Shown: positions 38,847 through 49,173, counted from the first letter of the stretch. The stretch is DNA of 64,000 nucleotides from Deltaproteobacteria bacterium (GCA_947490345.1 CANLGL010000014.1:29208-93207); one strand, 5' to 3'. Notes: generated by a model from the sequence alone, not told the origin. Translations and numbers: made by a program.

Positions 38847-39212
38847 CTATCCCAGCCGGCGAGTCGTCCACCACACCCAGGCGATCAGCACGAGTTGTAG
38901 CGGAAGACGTAGGTACAGGCCCCACAAAGGCACACTGGGGAAGCGCTCCGGGTGGAGCGCCATGTTCAGGTTCGCAGGGAAGACCGCCACCAGCAGGGCG
39001 ATGAGCCCAAGTCCAGCGTAGTACCTCGTGAAAGGGACGAGGATACCCACGCCGCCGAGCACCTCGAAGACTCCGCTCGCGTTGACCAGGAGCAGGTGCG
39101 CCGGCAGGTAGTCCGGCATCATCGAAAGGTAGAACTTCGGATTCACGAAGTGGTTCACGCCGCCGGCGATGAAGAAGAGTGCGAGGACGCCGAGGGAGAG
39201 GAGCAGGAGCAT
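38847..39212 (-). CDS. DoxX-like family membrane protein
   Basis: 121 aa with four hydrophobic segments. GGVNHFVNPKFYLSMMPDYLP...FEVLGGVGIL is the DoxX-like pattern. Confidence 0.7.
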   Translation of the reverse strand: MLLLLSLGVLALFFIAGGVNHFVNPKFYLSMMPDYLPAHLLLVNASGVFEVLGGVGILVPFTRYYAGLGLIALLVAVFPANLNMALHPERFPSVPLWGLYLRLPLQLVLIAWVWWTTRRLG

Positions 39213-39252
39213 GGGCGTGGGCTAACGTTACATTGCCGCCCTCGAACCCCCC

Positions 39253-40236
39253 GTGAAGCCCCGCATCCACATCCTCTCGACCGGCGGCACGCTGGGCATG
39301 CTCCGCGGGGATCCCGGTCCGCTGGCGCCCTCCGCGGTCGCGGGCGACGTCTTGCGCTACGTCGCGGGCCTCGAAGCCGAGGTCGAGCTGACCGCCGAGG
39401 CGGTATGGAACCTCGACAGCTCGGATATGGGCCCCGAGCATTGGTCGCGACTGGCGGAATCGGTAGCGGCCCGGCTCCGTGACGTCGACGGCGTCGTGGT
39501 ACTTCATGGTACGGATACCATGGCCTGGACGGCGGCGGCGCTTTCGTTTGCCCTGCGAGGCCTGCACAAGCCGGTGGTGCTCACCGGGGCCCAGCGTCCC
39601 ATCGCCTGGGTGCGCACCGACGCCCGCCAGAACGTCGTCCACAGCGCGCTGTGCGCGGCCATGCCCATCCCCGAGGTGTGCGTCTACTTCGGGCGCTGGC
39701 TTTTCCGCGGCAACCGGGTGAGCAAGACCAGCATCCAGAGCTACGAGGCCTTCGAATCGCCAGATTGTCCGCCGCTCATCGAGATGGGCGTGGAGGTGCA
39801 GCGCATCGAGCCGGTTCGTCCGGCCGTTGGCACGTTGCAGGTGGACGCCCGCTTCGACACCCGTGTGGCGGTCGTTCCCGTGATTCCGGGTTCGGACGGC
39901 AGCATGCTCGATGCGACGGTGGCGGCGGGCCTTCGCGGCGTGGTGGTCCAGGGCTTCGGGTCGGGGAACGTGCCGCAGGCGGGCTGGCCCGGCGCAATCC
40001 AGCGCGCGGTCGATGCCGGCGTGCATGTGGTGGTGCACAGCCAGTGCCTGCGCGGGCACGTGCAGTTGGGGGCCTACCAGGGCGGCCGCGCCGCCTTGGA
40101 TGCCGGCGCGTCTGGCTCAGGCGCCATGACGCTGGAGTGTGCCACGGTCAAGCTCATGCACGGCCTGGGAATTGGCCTCTGCGGCGCCGAGCTTCGCGCG
40201 TGGTACGCCACCGATCTTGCCGGGGAGGGGGCCTGA
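39253..40236 (+). CDS. ansA: L-asparaginase, type I
   Basis: IHILSTGGTLGM (TGGT) and VVLHGTDTMAWTAAALSF (HGTDTM) are asparaginase signatures. Confidence 0.9.
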   Translation: MKPRIHILSTGGTLGMLRGDPGPLAPSAVAGDVLRYVAGLEAEVELTAEAVWNLDSSDMGPEHWSRLAESVAARLRDVDGVVVLHGTDTMAWTAAALSFALRGLHKPVVLTGAQRPIAWVRTDARQNVVHSALCAAMPIPEVCVYFGRWLFRGNRVSKTSIQSYEAFESPDCPPLIEMGVEVQRIEPVRPAVGTLQVDARFDTRVAVVPVIPGSDGSMLDATVAAGLRGVVVQGFGSGNVPQAGWPGAIQRAVDAGVHVVVHSQCLRGHVQLGAYQGGRAALDAGASGSGAMTLECATVKLMHGLGIGLCGAELRAWYATDLAGEGA

Positions 40237-40838
40237 TGGCCAGGGCTCAGTCACTGTCACCGGTCGAGCGCCGCGCCAACCTGCTCGCGGCGGCCAGACA
40301 GGTTTTCGCGGCCCGGGGGTACCACGGCGCCAGCGTGGCGGACGTGATTGAGGCCGCAGGCGTCGCTCGCGGCACCTTCTACAACCACTTCGAGTCCAAG
40401 CGAGAGGTCTTCGCCGCCGTGCTCATCGAGCTGATGGTGGAGGTGACGGGGTCCGTCGCGCCGATCGACGTCGAGCGAGCCATCCCCCCCCAGGTGCTCT
40501 CGAACCTGCGCTCGATCACGCGCGGGCTCGCGCGGGACGGCGACGCGGCGCGCATCCTCTTCACGGATGCCCTCTCGGTGGACGCCGAAGGCGAAGAGGC
40601 GCTCGCCGCATTCTACGGCCATGCGGTCGATCGCATCGAGCGCGCCTTGCAGATGGGGCAGACCCTCGGCATCGTGCGGCACGGCGAAACCCGCCAGACC
40701 GCACGCTGCCTGCTCGGCCTGTTGAAGGAGCCGGTCGTCCAGGCGCGACTCGCCCGCGAGCCGCTCGACGCCGATGCCGTCGCTGACGCCATCTTCGGGC
40801 TGCTCGCATCGGGACTGCTGGTACGCGGGGCCGCCTGA
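40236..40838 (+). CDS. TetR/AcrR family transcriptional regulator
   Basis: The ATG at 40236 overlaps the ansA stop (TGATG). RRANLLAAARQVFAARGYHGASVADVIEAAGVARGTFYNHFESKREVF is a TetR HTH. The upstream part of ORF 39651 lies inside ansA. Confidence 0.85.
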   Translation: MARAQSLSPVERRANLLAAARQVFAARGYHGASVADVIEAAGVARGTFYNHFESKREVFAAVLIELMVEVTGSVAPIDVERAIPPQVLSNLRSITRGLARDGDAARILFTDALSVDAEGEEALAAFYGHAVDRIERALQMGQTLGIVRHGETRQTARCLLGLLKEPVVQARLAREPLDADAVADAIFGLLASGLLVRGAA

Positions 40839-41465
40839 GTGCGCCGGAAGGCGGGGCTGGTTGCCGGCGCGATGCTCATGAGCTGTCGCCCGCCGCCGTC
40901 GCCGCTTCCGCCCCAATCGATCGTCGTCGAGGGCGCCTCCCTTCACGGCGTGGACATCGAATGGTACGACGTGTCAGGTCGCGACGTCGTCTCCCTCCGC
41001 GAGAGCGTCCGCGCTGCCGCCCCCCGCAACGATGACGGTGAGCCGACCCTGGGCCGGACTCAGTGGAACGCGACCTGGACTTGGAAGGGGGAAGGGGAGC
41101 CCTGCCACGTCGAGCGCGTCGACGTCGATGTCTCCCTCCTCGTGTGGCTGCCCCGCTGGAGCCCCGGAGCCGGCACGGACGCCGGCATGATCGCGCGCTG
41201 GCGCGCCTACCTCGACGCGCTGGTGCTTCACGAACGCGGACACCTGGAGCTCTTGATGCCCCAGCTCGCCCAGCTCGACCACATCCTCCGCGCGGCTCCC
41301 TGTGAGGACGTCGATGCCGTCGGCGCCATCGCCCTGGACGCCATCCGCGCCCTGAACCGGGAGTACGACGCGTACACGGGCCACGGCCGGGCCCAGGGCG
41401 CCCGCTACTGGACCGCCCCCGAGTGGGGCGCCGACGCCGAGGAGGCGGCGGGTTGGGCGCCGTAG
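40839..41465 (+). CDS. DUF922-like predicted Zn-dependent protease lipoprotein
   Basis: MRRKAGLVAGAMLMSC lipobox. The H-E-x-x-H motif (LVLHERGHLEL) sits in a ~200-aa protein, and the layout matches DUF922 as I remember it. Confidence 0.65.
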   Translation: MRRKAGLVAGAMLMSCRPPPSPLPPQSIVVEGASLHGVDIEWYDVSGRDVVSLRESVRAAAPRNDDGEPTLGRTQWNATWTWKGEGEPCHVERVDVDVSLLVWLPRWSPGAGTDAGMIARWRAYLDALVLHERGHLELLMPQLAQLDHILRAAPCEDVDAVGAIALDAIRALNREYDAYTGHGRAQGARYWTAPEWGADAEEAAGWAP

Positions 41466-41481
41466 GTTAGCTCCGGCCGCC

Positions 41482-42942
41482 ATGTACACCTTCGACCCCG
41501 AACGTCTCGCCAAGCTGGAGGCCCTCCGCGCCGAGGGCATCAACCCTTACCCGACCGGCCGTCCGCCCAACCTCTCGGCCGCCGAGGCGCACAAGCTTGG
41601 CGAGGGTCGCGACACGACGGAAGAGCTGGTCGAGCTTGGCGCCGACTTCCGGGTGGCGGGGCGCCTGATGTTCAAGAATGACATGGGCAAGGCGGGTTTC
41701 GGGCGGGTGCTCGACCGCAGCGGCCGCCTCCAGGTCTACGTGAAGAAGGACCTGGTCGGGGAGGCTGACTTCGCGGTGTGGAAGAAGCTCGATCTCGGCG
41801 ATCACCTCGAGGTGGAAGGGTCCTTGATGCGCACGCGCACCGGGGAGCTGTCGCTTCAGGCGCGGTCCGTGCGTCTTGGCGCCAAGTGCATCCGCTCGTT
41901 GCCCGACAAGTGGCACGGCATCGAGGACCCGGAGATCCGCCGACGGCAGCGCTACTTGGACCTGTTCGTCAACGACGAGGCGCGGGACACCTTCGTGAAG
42001 CGCAGCCGTATCGTCAGGTATATCCGTGATTTCTTCGAAACGCGCCAATTCCTCGAGGTCGAGACCCCGATGATGCACGCCATCCCGGGCGGCGCCACCG
42101 CGCGACCATTTGTCACCCACCACAACGCCCTCGACATGGAGCTTTTTCTCCGCGTGGCCCCCGAGCTGTACCTCAAGCGGCTCATCGTCGGCGGCATGGA
42201 GCGGGTGTTCGAGATCAACCGCAACTTCCGCAACGAGGGCATCGACGCGACGCACAACCCCGAGTTCACCATGCTCGAGTTCTACCAAGCCTACGCCACC
42301 TGGGAGGACCTCGTCGAGCTGACGGAAGAGCTCATTGCCGGCCTCGTCCAGGAGCTGCACCACGGCGACTCCCTGACCTATCAGGGTCGTGAGATATCAT
42401 TCGCTCGCCCCTTCCGTCGCATCGGCTACGACGAGCTGGTAGCGGATGCGCTCGGCGTGTCGACCGACGCCGTCCACGACCTCGCGCAGCTTCGTGCCGC
42501 GATCGGGCCCACCGCCCCGGCAACGCTCGGCGCCTGTTGGGAGCGAGTCTTCGACGAAAAGGTGGAGGCGACCCTCGTCAATCCTACCTTTGTCACCCGC
42601 TTTCCGGTCGAAATCTCGCCGCTCGCCCGCCGCAACGAGCTGGAGCCGGAGATCGCCGACCGCTTCGAGCTGTTCATCGCCGGCCGCGAGATCGCCAACG
42701 CCTTCAACGAGCTGAACGACCCAGTGGACCAGGCCGAGCGCTTCCTCCACCAGGTACGGGCCAAGGACGCCGGTAATCACGAGGCGATGCACTTCGACGC
42801 CGATTACATCGATGCCCTCTGTTTCGGCATGCCGCCGACGGCCGGCGAGGGCCTCGGCATCGACCGGTTGGTGATGTTGTTGACCGATACCGCAAGCATC
42901 CGCGACGTCATTCTGTTTCCGACGCTTCGGGGGCGGGGGTAG
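41482..42942 (+). CDS. lysS: lysine--tRNA ligase (class II)
   Basis: OB-fold N-domain (FRVAGRLMFKNDMGKAGFGRVLDRSGRLQVY) and class II motifs (FLEVETPMMH, NFRNEGID.THNPEFTMLEFY, GLGIDRLVMLL). Confidence 0.95.
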   Translation: MYTFDPERLAKLEALRAEGINPYPTGRPPNLSAAEAHKLGEGRDTTEELVELGADFRVAGRLMFKNDMGKAGFGRVLDRSGRLQVYVKKDLVGEADFAVWKKLDLGDHLEVEGSLMRTRTGELSLQARSVRLGAKCIRSLPDKWHGIEDPEIRRRQRYLDLFVNDEARDTFVKRSRIVRYIRDFFETRQFLEVETPMMHAIPGGATARPFVTHHNALDMELFLRVAPELYLKRLIVGGMERVFEINRNFRNEGIDATHNPEFTMLEFYQAYATWEDLVELTEELIAGLVQELHHGDSLTYQGREISFARPFRRIGYDELVADALGVSTDAVHDLAQLRAAIGPTAPATLGACWERVFDEKVEATLVNPTFVTRFPVEISPLARRNELEPEIADRFELFIAGREIANAFNELNDPVDQAERFLHQVRAKDAGNHEAMHFDADYIDALCFGMPPTAGEGLGIDRLVMLLTDTASIRDVILFPTLRGRG

Positions 42943-43021
42943 GCCCGGCGGTAGCCCGCCCTGTCGCGGATCGTCAGGGTTCTGACGGGGCTGGACTCGA
43001 TCGGTTACGCGCCGCGCCCGG

Positions 43022-44326
43022 ATGGACTTCGAGCTTCTCATCGCCCTGAGCCATCTGCGCTCGCGCCGTCAGGACGCGGGGGTGTCGCTCATAGCTGTGC
43101 TCTCGGTTTTCGGCGTCACCCTCGGCGTGGGTGTGCTGATCGTCGTCCTCTCGGTGATGGAGGGCTTCGAGATCGACCTTCGGAAGAAGATCCTCGGCAA
43201 CCAGGCCCACATGTTGGTGCTGGCCTATGGCGGCCCCCTCGAAGATCCGTCCTCGATCGCCGACAAGGTGACCGCCCTCGAAGATGTGCAGGCGGTGACG
43301 CCGTTTTCCTACGCCGAAGTCATGCTGCGCAGCACCTATGGGGTCTCCGGAGCCATCCTCAAGGGCATCGACCCCGAACGTGCGTTGGCGGTCAATGACG
43401 TCGCGCACGACATCTCGGTGGGTCCGCGTGGGGAGCCCACCTCCGACGACGACCGCGCCGCCATCGTGCGCACCCTGCACACTCCCGTCCCCGCCCTCGC
43501 CCAGGACATCGGGGACGACGAGGTAATCCCTGGGATCATCCTTGGTTCTGGACTGGCCGAGGTGCTCCGGGTGTACCCGGGCGACAAGGTCCACGTCATC
43601 AACCCCATCGGTGCCCAGACGGGCCCCATGGGCGTACCGATTCCCACCACGCGCAGCTTCCGCGTGACCGCGCTGGTCCACTCCGGCATGTACGAGTACG
43701 ACACCAAGTGGAGCTACATCACGCTTGGCGACGCGCAGGAGTTCATGTCGCTGGGCACCTCGGCGACGGGACTTGAAGTTCGGGTGCATGAAGGTCGAAT
43801 CTGGGACGTGATGGAGAGCTCGGGTCTGGTGGAGATGACGCTGGGCCCGAAATACTACACCCGCAACTGGCTGACGATGAACGAGGCGCTTTTCCAGGCC
43901 CTCGCGCTCGAGAAGTGGGTCATGGGCATCATCCTCGCGCAGATTGTGTCGGTGGCGGCGCTGGGCATCGTCACCAACCTCATCGTCATGGTGGTCACCC
44001 GAGGGCGGGAGATCTCGATCCTTCGTGCTATGGGCGCGACGTCATCGATGTTGCGGAGGATCTTTGTCATCGAGGGACTCACCGTTGGTCTGGTCGGCAC
44101 CAGCCTGGGCGTGGCGCTCGGGTTAGCGAGCTGCGCCGTCCTGTCCCGCTACAAATACCCGCTCGATACCAACGTGTACTACATCGACTCACTCCCAGTC
44201 GTCGTCGTGCCGTCCACCGTGGCCTTCGTGGCCGTCGGGGCGGTGGTCGTGTGCTTTTTGGCGACGTTGTACCCATCGTCTCGGGCGGCGGCGCTGCACC
44301 CTGTCGATGGGCTGCGGTACGAGTGA
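43022..44326 (+). CDS. LolC/LolE-family lipoprotein-releasing ABC transporter permease (FtsX-like)
   Basis: MDFELLIALSHLRSRRQDAGVSLIAVLSVFGVTLGV..., a large periplasmic loop, and the C-terminal FtsX domain (ILRAMGATSSMLRRIFVIEGLTVGLVG). Confidence 0.88.
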   Translation: MDFELLIALSHLRSRRQDAGVSLIAVLSVFGVTLGVGVLIVVLSVMEGFEIDLRKKILGNQAHMLVLAYGGPLEDPSSIADKVTALEDVQAVTPFSYAEVMLRSTYGVSGAILKGIDPERALAVNDVAHDISVGPRGEPTSDDDRAAIVRTLHTPVPALAQDIGDDEVIPGIILGSGLAEVLRVYPGDKVHVINPIGAQTGPMGVPIPTTRSFRVTALVHSGMYEYDTKWSYITLGDAQEFMSLGTSATGLEVRVHEGRIWDVMESSGLVEMTLGPKYYTRNWLTMNEALFQALALEKWVMGIILAQIVSVAALGIVTNLIVMVVTRGREISILRAMGATSSMLRRIFVIEGLTVGLVGTSLGVALGLASCAVLSRYKYPLDTNVYYIDSLPVVVVPSTVAFVAVGAVVVCFLATLYPSSRAAALHPVDGLRYE

Positions 44327-45006
44327 TGGGCGTCGCCGTTGATGTCCTGGGGGTCTCGCGCCACTTCGTGAAGGGGGGGCAGCGCATCGACGTGCTGCGT
44401 GACCTTGACGTGACGCTCGCGGCCGGGGACTGCCTCGCGGTCGTGGGGCAGTCCGGCTCGGGCAAGTCGACCTTCCTCCATCTGCTCGGCGGGCTCGAGC
44501 CCCCTAGCTCTGGCGAGATCAAGGTCGATGGAAGCTCGCTATATCGACGCTCGGCGGTGGAGATCGATCGGTTCCGGAACCAGTTGGTGGGCTTCGTCTT
44601 CCAGTTCCATCACCTGCTCCCTGATCACGATGCGCTCGACAATGCGGCGATTCCCGCGTTCATCGCCCGGGTGCCCAAGGCCGAAGCGCGCGAGCGGGCG
44701 CGGGCGGCGCTTGCCAAGGTCGGGCTTTCGCATCGGATCGGCCACAAGCCGGGTGAACTCTCAGGTGGCGAACAACAGCGGGTCGCGATTGCGCGCGCCC
44801 TGCTCATGGGCCCGGGGTTGGTTCTCGCTGACGAGCCGACCGGCAACCTGGACCCCAACACCGCCAACGACGTCATGGCGCTTTTGTTGGAGCTCAACCG
44901 CGAGGGCGGTGCCACCTTGGTCGTAGTGACCCACTCCTTGGAGCTGGCGCGGCGTTTCCCGCGCACGCTGCGCGTGGTCGATGGCCGCTTCGATGTGGCG
45001 GCCTGA
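44326..45006 (+). CDS. lolD: lipoprotein-releasing ABC transporter ATP-binding protein
   Basis: The ATG overlaps the permease stop (TGATG). GQSGSGKST (Walker A), LSGGEQQRVAIARAL (signature), LVLADEPTGNLD (Walker B). Confidence 0.9.
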   Translation: MGVAVDVLGVSRHFVKGGQRIDVLRDLDVTLAAGDCLAVVGQSGSGKSTFLHLLGGLEPPSSGEIKVDGSSLYRRSAVEIDRFRNQLVGFVFQFHHLLPDHDALDNAAIPAFIARVPKAEARERARAALAKVGLSHRIGHKPGELSGGEQQRVAIARALLMGPGLVLADEPTGNLDPNTANDVMALLLELNREGGATLVVVTHSLELARRFPRTLRVVDGRFDVAA

Positions 45007-47600
45007 TGCGCTGGGGCTTGGCTTTCGGGTGGTTTGCGGCGGGCGCTGCGCTCGCGCAGGAGGCGCCCGAGCTCCCGGCACTGCCCGCGCTCACGACACC
45101 GACAGAGGCTGGCGTCGCGGCGCCGCCCGGCGAAGGCGCTCCCGTCTATGCGACAGGGGTGGTCGCGCAGGTGCAGGTCTTCGGCCTGCGCCGTGTGGAA
45201 GAGGCGGCGATCCTCGACGCGGTCAGCCTGCGGGCGGGCGACACCCTCGCGCCGTGGAAGCTGCAACGCGACATCCGCGGCATCTGGAAGACCGGCTACG
45301 TCCAGGATGTAGTCGTGCGCGTCACGCCGGGGCCGGCCGGGCAGATCGTCAGCTTCGTCGTCACGGAAAAGCCCTCCGTCCGCGAAGTGCGCTTTTCCGG
45401 CAACAAAAAGATCAAGGACGAAGACCTCAAAGAGGCGGTCGACATCGTTCCGCTCGGCCCCCCGCCTTCGGACCAGCGCCTCGCGCAGAATGCCAGGACC
45501 CTCCGGGATAAGTACCTGGAAAAGGGCTTCTACCTCGCCACGGTCGAGCCTGTGCTCACCCCGGTCGGCGACGACCTCGTGGACGTCGAGTACCGCATCG
45601 TCGAAAACCGGAAGGTGATCGTCCAGAGCATCGACATCACCGGCAACGAAGGCGTGCCCGACGCCAAGATCAAGCGCTTCATGCAGACCAAGGAGGGCGG
45701 CATCGTCCCCTGGTTGACGAGCTCGGGCAACTTCATCGAGAGCAACCTGGAGAACGACACCTACGTGGTGCGTTCGGTGCTCTTGGAAGAAGGCTACGTC
45801 GAGGCGCAGGTGGACTCGCCGAAGGTGTTCTTGTCCCCGGACAAACGGCACATCTTCATCACCATCCACGTCACCGAGGGCCCGCGGTACAAGATCGGGA
45901 AGCTCAGCTTTCAGGGTGACTTCGAAGCGGACGAGGGCCTCACGCAGGGTGCGGTTCGGGCGCTGGCCGAAGGCAAGAACCTCCGCGACGTCCAGGAGGC
46001 GTGGGAGCGCGACAAGGCGGCTGGCATCGTGGTCGGCGACGACTGGACCCCTCGCGTGGACCGGCGGATTCTCGATTTTACCGGGCAGAGCACCCCGCTG
46101 AAGATCGGCGACTGGTTCAAGCTGACGACGATGCAGACGGTCACCCAGCGCGTGTCCGACCTGTACGGCGATCGGGGCTACGCCTTCGCCAACATCGTAC
46201 CCCTCCCGTCTCCCGATCCGGACAGCGGCGTGGTCGACCTGGTGTTCGACATCCAGAAGGGCGAGAAGATGCGCATCGGCCGCATCAATATCACCGGGAA
46301 CAACCCTACCTTCGACAAGGTGGTGCGTCGCGAGATTCCGATCAACGAAGGCGAGCAGTACCAGGGCAGCCGCATTCGTGAGGCGCGCGAGCGGCTGGAA
46401 CGGCTCGGCTTCTTCGAGACGGTCGAGATCAGCACGCCGCGAGCGACGGAAGAACGCACCCTCGACATGAATGTCGACGTCACCGAGCGCCCCACCGGAA
46501 GCTTCACGGTCGGCGCCGGTTTCTCCTCGGTGGACAGCTTCTTGTTGACCGCCAACATCCAGAAGTCAAACTTTTTCGGGCTCGGCTGGGTGGTCAGCAT
46601 CGCCGGGAACATTTCGCGGCCCACCCAGACCGCCAACATCGACTTCTACGACCCCTACTTCCTCGATTCGCGGTGGACCCTGCGGGTCAGTGGCTTCTAC
46701 AACCAGCGCAACTACATCGAAAACGAATATCAGCGCGGCGGTATCTTGCAGATCGGGCGCTACCTCGACTCTCGCGACGACATCCGCCTGGCCCTCGACT
46801 ACACCATCGAAGACAACGGCCTGTTGAGCCTTGACGAGTACAAAGAACGGCTCTTCGGCGGCCAGCTCTACCGCAACGGCGTCACCTCCTCCGCGGGCAT
46901 CACCTTTGAGGTCGACAAGCGGAACAACCGGATCACCGCCACCCGAGGCGTGCGCTTCACCCTCTCGACCGAGCTGGCAGGCGGCTTCCGTCTCAACGAC
47001 AAGGAAGTAGTCTCCCTCTTCGGAGGAGACTTCAACTACTGGGAAAGCAAGGCCAATTTCCGTTTCTACCAGCCGCTCGTCAAAGACGACTGGCTCGTGT
47101 TCAAGTACAACTTGTCCGTCGGCCACATCATGAGCACCGACGGCAGCATCGTCCCCTACATCCATCGGTATCGGGCGGGCGGCATCCAGAGCATCCGCGG
47201 GTTCGAGCCCTACGCCCTCGGCCCGTCGCTCCGTGCCACTGGGTACCGCGACTACTCGCAGGAGCGCACCTCGTTTGTGGGCACGGATGATCCGCAAGCA
47301 GCCGACGATCGCCTGGTCATCGGCGGCACCGAGACCCTGATCAACCAGTTCGAGATCGAGTCGCCGATCATCAAGTCGGCCGGCATCTCGCTCGTCGCTT
47401 TCTTCGACGCCGGCAACACCTTCGGCGACGTCCAGGGTGCCGGCCTCATCGACTTCACCGACCTGCGCACTTCCGTCGGCTTCGGCGTGCGTTGGTTCAG
47501 CCCCATCGGCCCCCTCCGTTTCGAATGGGGCTTCCCGCTGGCACCGCTTCCCGATGAGCGTACCGCGGTCTTCGACTTCACCATCGGCAGTGCCTTCTAG
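45006..47600 (+). CDS. bamA: outer membrane protein assembly factor BamA
   Basis: Signal peptide, POTRA-type repeats (VQVFGLRRVEEAAILDAV.., VREVRFSGNKKIKDEDL.., IDITGNEGVPDAKI.., INITGNNPTFDKVVRREI..) and an Omp85 barrel ending FDFTIGSAF. The ATG overlaps the lolD stop. Confidence 0.92.
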   Translation: MRWGLAFGWFAAGAALAQEAPELPALPALTTPTEAGVAAPPGEGAPVYATGVVAQVQVFGLRRVEEAAILDAVSLRAGDTLAPWKLQRDIRGIWKTGYVQDVVVRVTPGPAGQIVSFVVTEKPSVREVRFSGNKKIKDEDLKEAVDIVPLGPPPSDQRLAQNARTLRDKYLEKGFYLATVEPVLTPVGDDLVDVEYRIVENRKVIVQSIDITGNEGVPDAKIKRFMQTKEGGIVPWLTSSGNFIESNLENDTYVVRSVLLEEGYVEAQVDSPKVFLSPDKRHIFITIHVTEGPRYKIGKLSFQGDFEADEGLTQGAVRALAEGKNLRDVQEAWERDKAAGIVVGDDWTPRVDRRILDFTGQSTPLKIGDWFKLTTMQTVTQRVSDLYGDRGYAFANIVPLPSPDPDSGVVDLVFDIQKGEKMRIGRINITGNNPTFDKVVRREIPINEGEQYQGSRIREARERLERLGFFETVEISTPRATEERTLDMNVDVTERPTGSFTVGAGFSSVDSFLLTANIQKSNFFGLGWVVSIAGNISRPTQTANIDFYDPYFLDSRWTLRVSGFYNQRNYIENEYQRGGILQIGRYLDSRDDIRLALDYTIEDNGLLSLDEYKERLFGGQLYRNGVTSSAGITFEVDKRNNRITATRGVRFTLSTELAGGFRLNDKEVVSLFGGDFNYWESKANFRFYQPLVKDDWLVFKYNLSVGHIMSTDGSIVPYIHRYRAGGIQSIRGFEPYALGPSLRATGYRDYSQERTSFVGTDDPQAADDRLVIGGTETLINQFEIESPIIKSAGISLVAFFDAGNTFGDVQGAGLIDFTDLRTSVGFGVRWFSPIGPLRFEWGFPLAPLPDERTAVFDFTIGSAF

Positions 47601-47615
47601 GCGCCCGGGAGCCCC

Positions 47616-48149
47616 ATGATCAAGAAACTCTTCCTCGTCCTCGCGGTCTCCTTCTGTTTGGTCGGCGACGCGCTCGCCGCTGAGATCAAGGTTGCGGTGG
47701 TCGACTTCCAACGCGCGCTCAACGACGTCAACGAAGCAGCCGGCGTTCGGAAGAAGCTGGAGGGGATGTACGGGGAGCGGAAGGTCACCATTGAGAAGCT
47801 GCAGAAGACGCTTGAGGCGAAGAAGGCAGACATCGATGCGCAGTCGGTGGTGCTCTCCGACTCCGCCCGCCGGGCGAAAGAAGAAGAGTTCATGAAGTCG
47901 CAGGTCGAGTTCCAGCAGACCTACTCCCGCTACGAAAGCGAGATGCAGCAGGCGTACTACGCGGCGATGCAGGACTTCATCGAGAAGATGAAGAAGATCG
48001 CGGTCGCGATTGGGCAGGAGCGCGGGTACACCGTGGTCCTGGAAGCGACCGAGGGCGGCGTGGTGTACTGGTCGGACAGCATCGACATCACTGAAGAGCT
48101 CATCAAGCGCTACAACGCCGCGAACCCGGCCACCGCGCCGAAGAAGTAG
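47616..48149 (+). CDS. skp: OmpH/Skp family periplasmic chaperone
   Basis: Signal peptide MIKKLFLVLAVSFCLVGDALA, then KVAVVDFQRALN and a long helical Lys/Glu-rich region. Conserved position between bamA and lpxD. Confidence 0.88.
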   Translation: MIKKLFLVLAVSFCLVGDALAAEIKVAVVDFQRALNDVNEAAGVRKKLEGMYGERKVTIEKLQKTLEAKKADIDAQSVVLSDSARRAKEEEFMKSQVEFQQTYSRYESEMQQAYYAAMQDFIEKMKKIAVAIGQERGYTVVLEATEGGVVYWSDSIDITEELIKRYNAANPATAPKK

Positions 48150-48152
48150 TCG

Positions 48153-49160
48153 GTGCGCCTCGACGAGCTCGCGGCGGCGGTCGGAGGCGTGGTCGAGGGC
48201 GACGGGTCGCTCCAGATCGTAGGCGTGGCCGGCTTGGAAGAGGCGGGGCCGAGCCAGCTGTCGTTTCTGGCCAACCGCCGCTACGTCGGGCTCTTCCGGA
48301 AGTGCGCCGCTGGCGCGGTTCTGGTGGGGACGAGTGAAAACACCTTCGGTCGAACGGTCGTGCGCTGTCGCGACCCCTATCTGGCCTTCGCCAAGGCGCT
48401 GGCGGTCTTCCACCCCGTCGCGAAGCCTCCGCCGGGCGTCCACGCCCTGGCCGTGGTCGAGGGCAATTGCGACGGCGCGACGATCCTGCCGCTGGCCTAT
48501 GTCGGTCCTGGCGCGGTGGTGGGGCGGGGGACGATCGTTCAACCTCATTGCTACGTCGGGGCCGGCGCGAGTGTTGGTCGCGACTGCGTGCTGATGGCCG
48601 GGAGCGTGGTCATGGACGGCTGCGTGGTTGGGGATCGGGTGGTCCTCAATCCCGGAGCAGTGGTCGGCGGCGAGGGCTTCGGATTCGTCCCCACCGCATC
48701 GGGGCTGGTGAAGATCCCCCAGACCGGTCGCGCGCTGATCGGTGACGATGTCGAGATCGGGGCCAACAGTTGCGTGGATCGCGCCGCGATGGGCGACACG
48801 ACCGTCGCAACGGGCAGCAAGCTCGACAACCTCGTCCAGATCGGCCATGGCGCGGAAATCGGGCCCCACAATGTGCTGGTGGCCTACAGCGCCGTCGCCG
48901 GGAGCACCCGGACTGGGACTGGCGTCACCCTGGCGGCGCGCACCCTGCTCCTCGGCCACTTGGAGGTAGGCGACGGGGCCTCCGTCGGGGCGATGAGCAT
49001 GGTCACCGACGACGTTCCCGCTGGCGCAAAGCGCACCGGTTCCCCGGCGATGGAGCATCGGGCGTGGCTGCGCCTGGTCACGGCCGCAAAGGAGCTACCG
49101 GCGCTTTTGAAGCGGGTGGCCGCCTTGGAGAAGAAGGGCGGCGGCGGGGGAGCGGGATAG
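48153..49160 (+). CDS. lpxD: UDP-3-O-acylglucosamine N-acyltransferase
   Basis: LSFLANRRY and left-handed beta-helix hexapeptide repeats (IGDDVEIGANSCVDR...VQIGHGAEIGPHNVL..). Canonical position. Confidence 0.92.
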   Translation: MRLDELAAAVGGVVEGDGSLQIVGVAGLEEAGPSQLSFLANRRYVGLFRKCAAGAVLVGTSENTFGRTVVRCRDPYLAFAKALAVFHPVAKPPPGVHALAVVEGNCDGATILPLAYVGPGAVVGRGTIVQPHCYVGAGASVGRDCVLMAGSVVMDGCVVGDRVVLNPGAVVGGEGFGFVPTASGLVKIPQTGRALIGDDVEIGANSCVDRAAMGDTTVATGSKLDNLVQIGHGAEIGPHNVLVAYSAVAGSTRTGTGVTLAARTLLLGHLEVGDGASVGAMSMVTDDVPAGAKRTGSPAMEHRAWLRLVTAAKELPALLKRVAALEKKGGGGGAG

Positions 49161-49173
49161 GCCCGGCCCGACC

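Noticed and set aside
46566-49058. 830-aa ORF on the - strand
   Set aside because: It is antisense to bamA, skp and lpxD, which all have strong family signatures. Its composition is Arg/Gly/Asp/His-rich and featureless.
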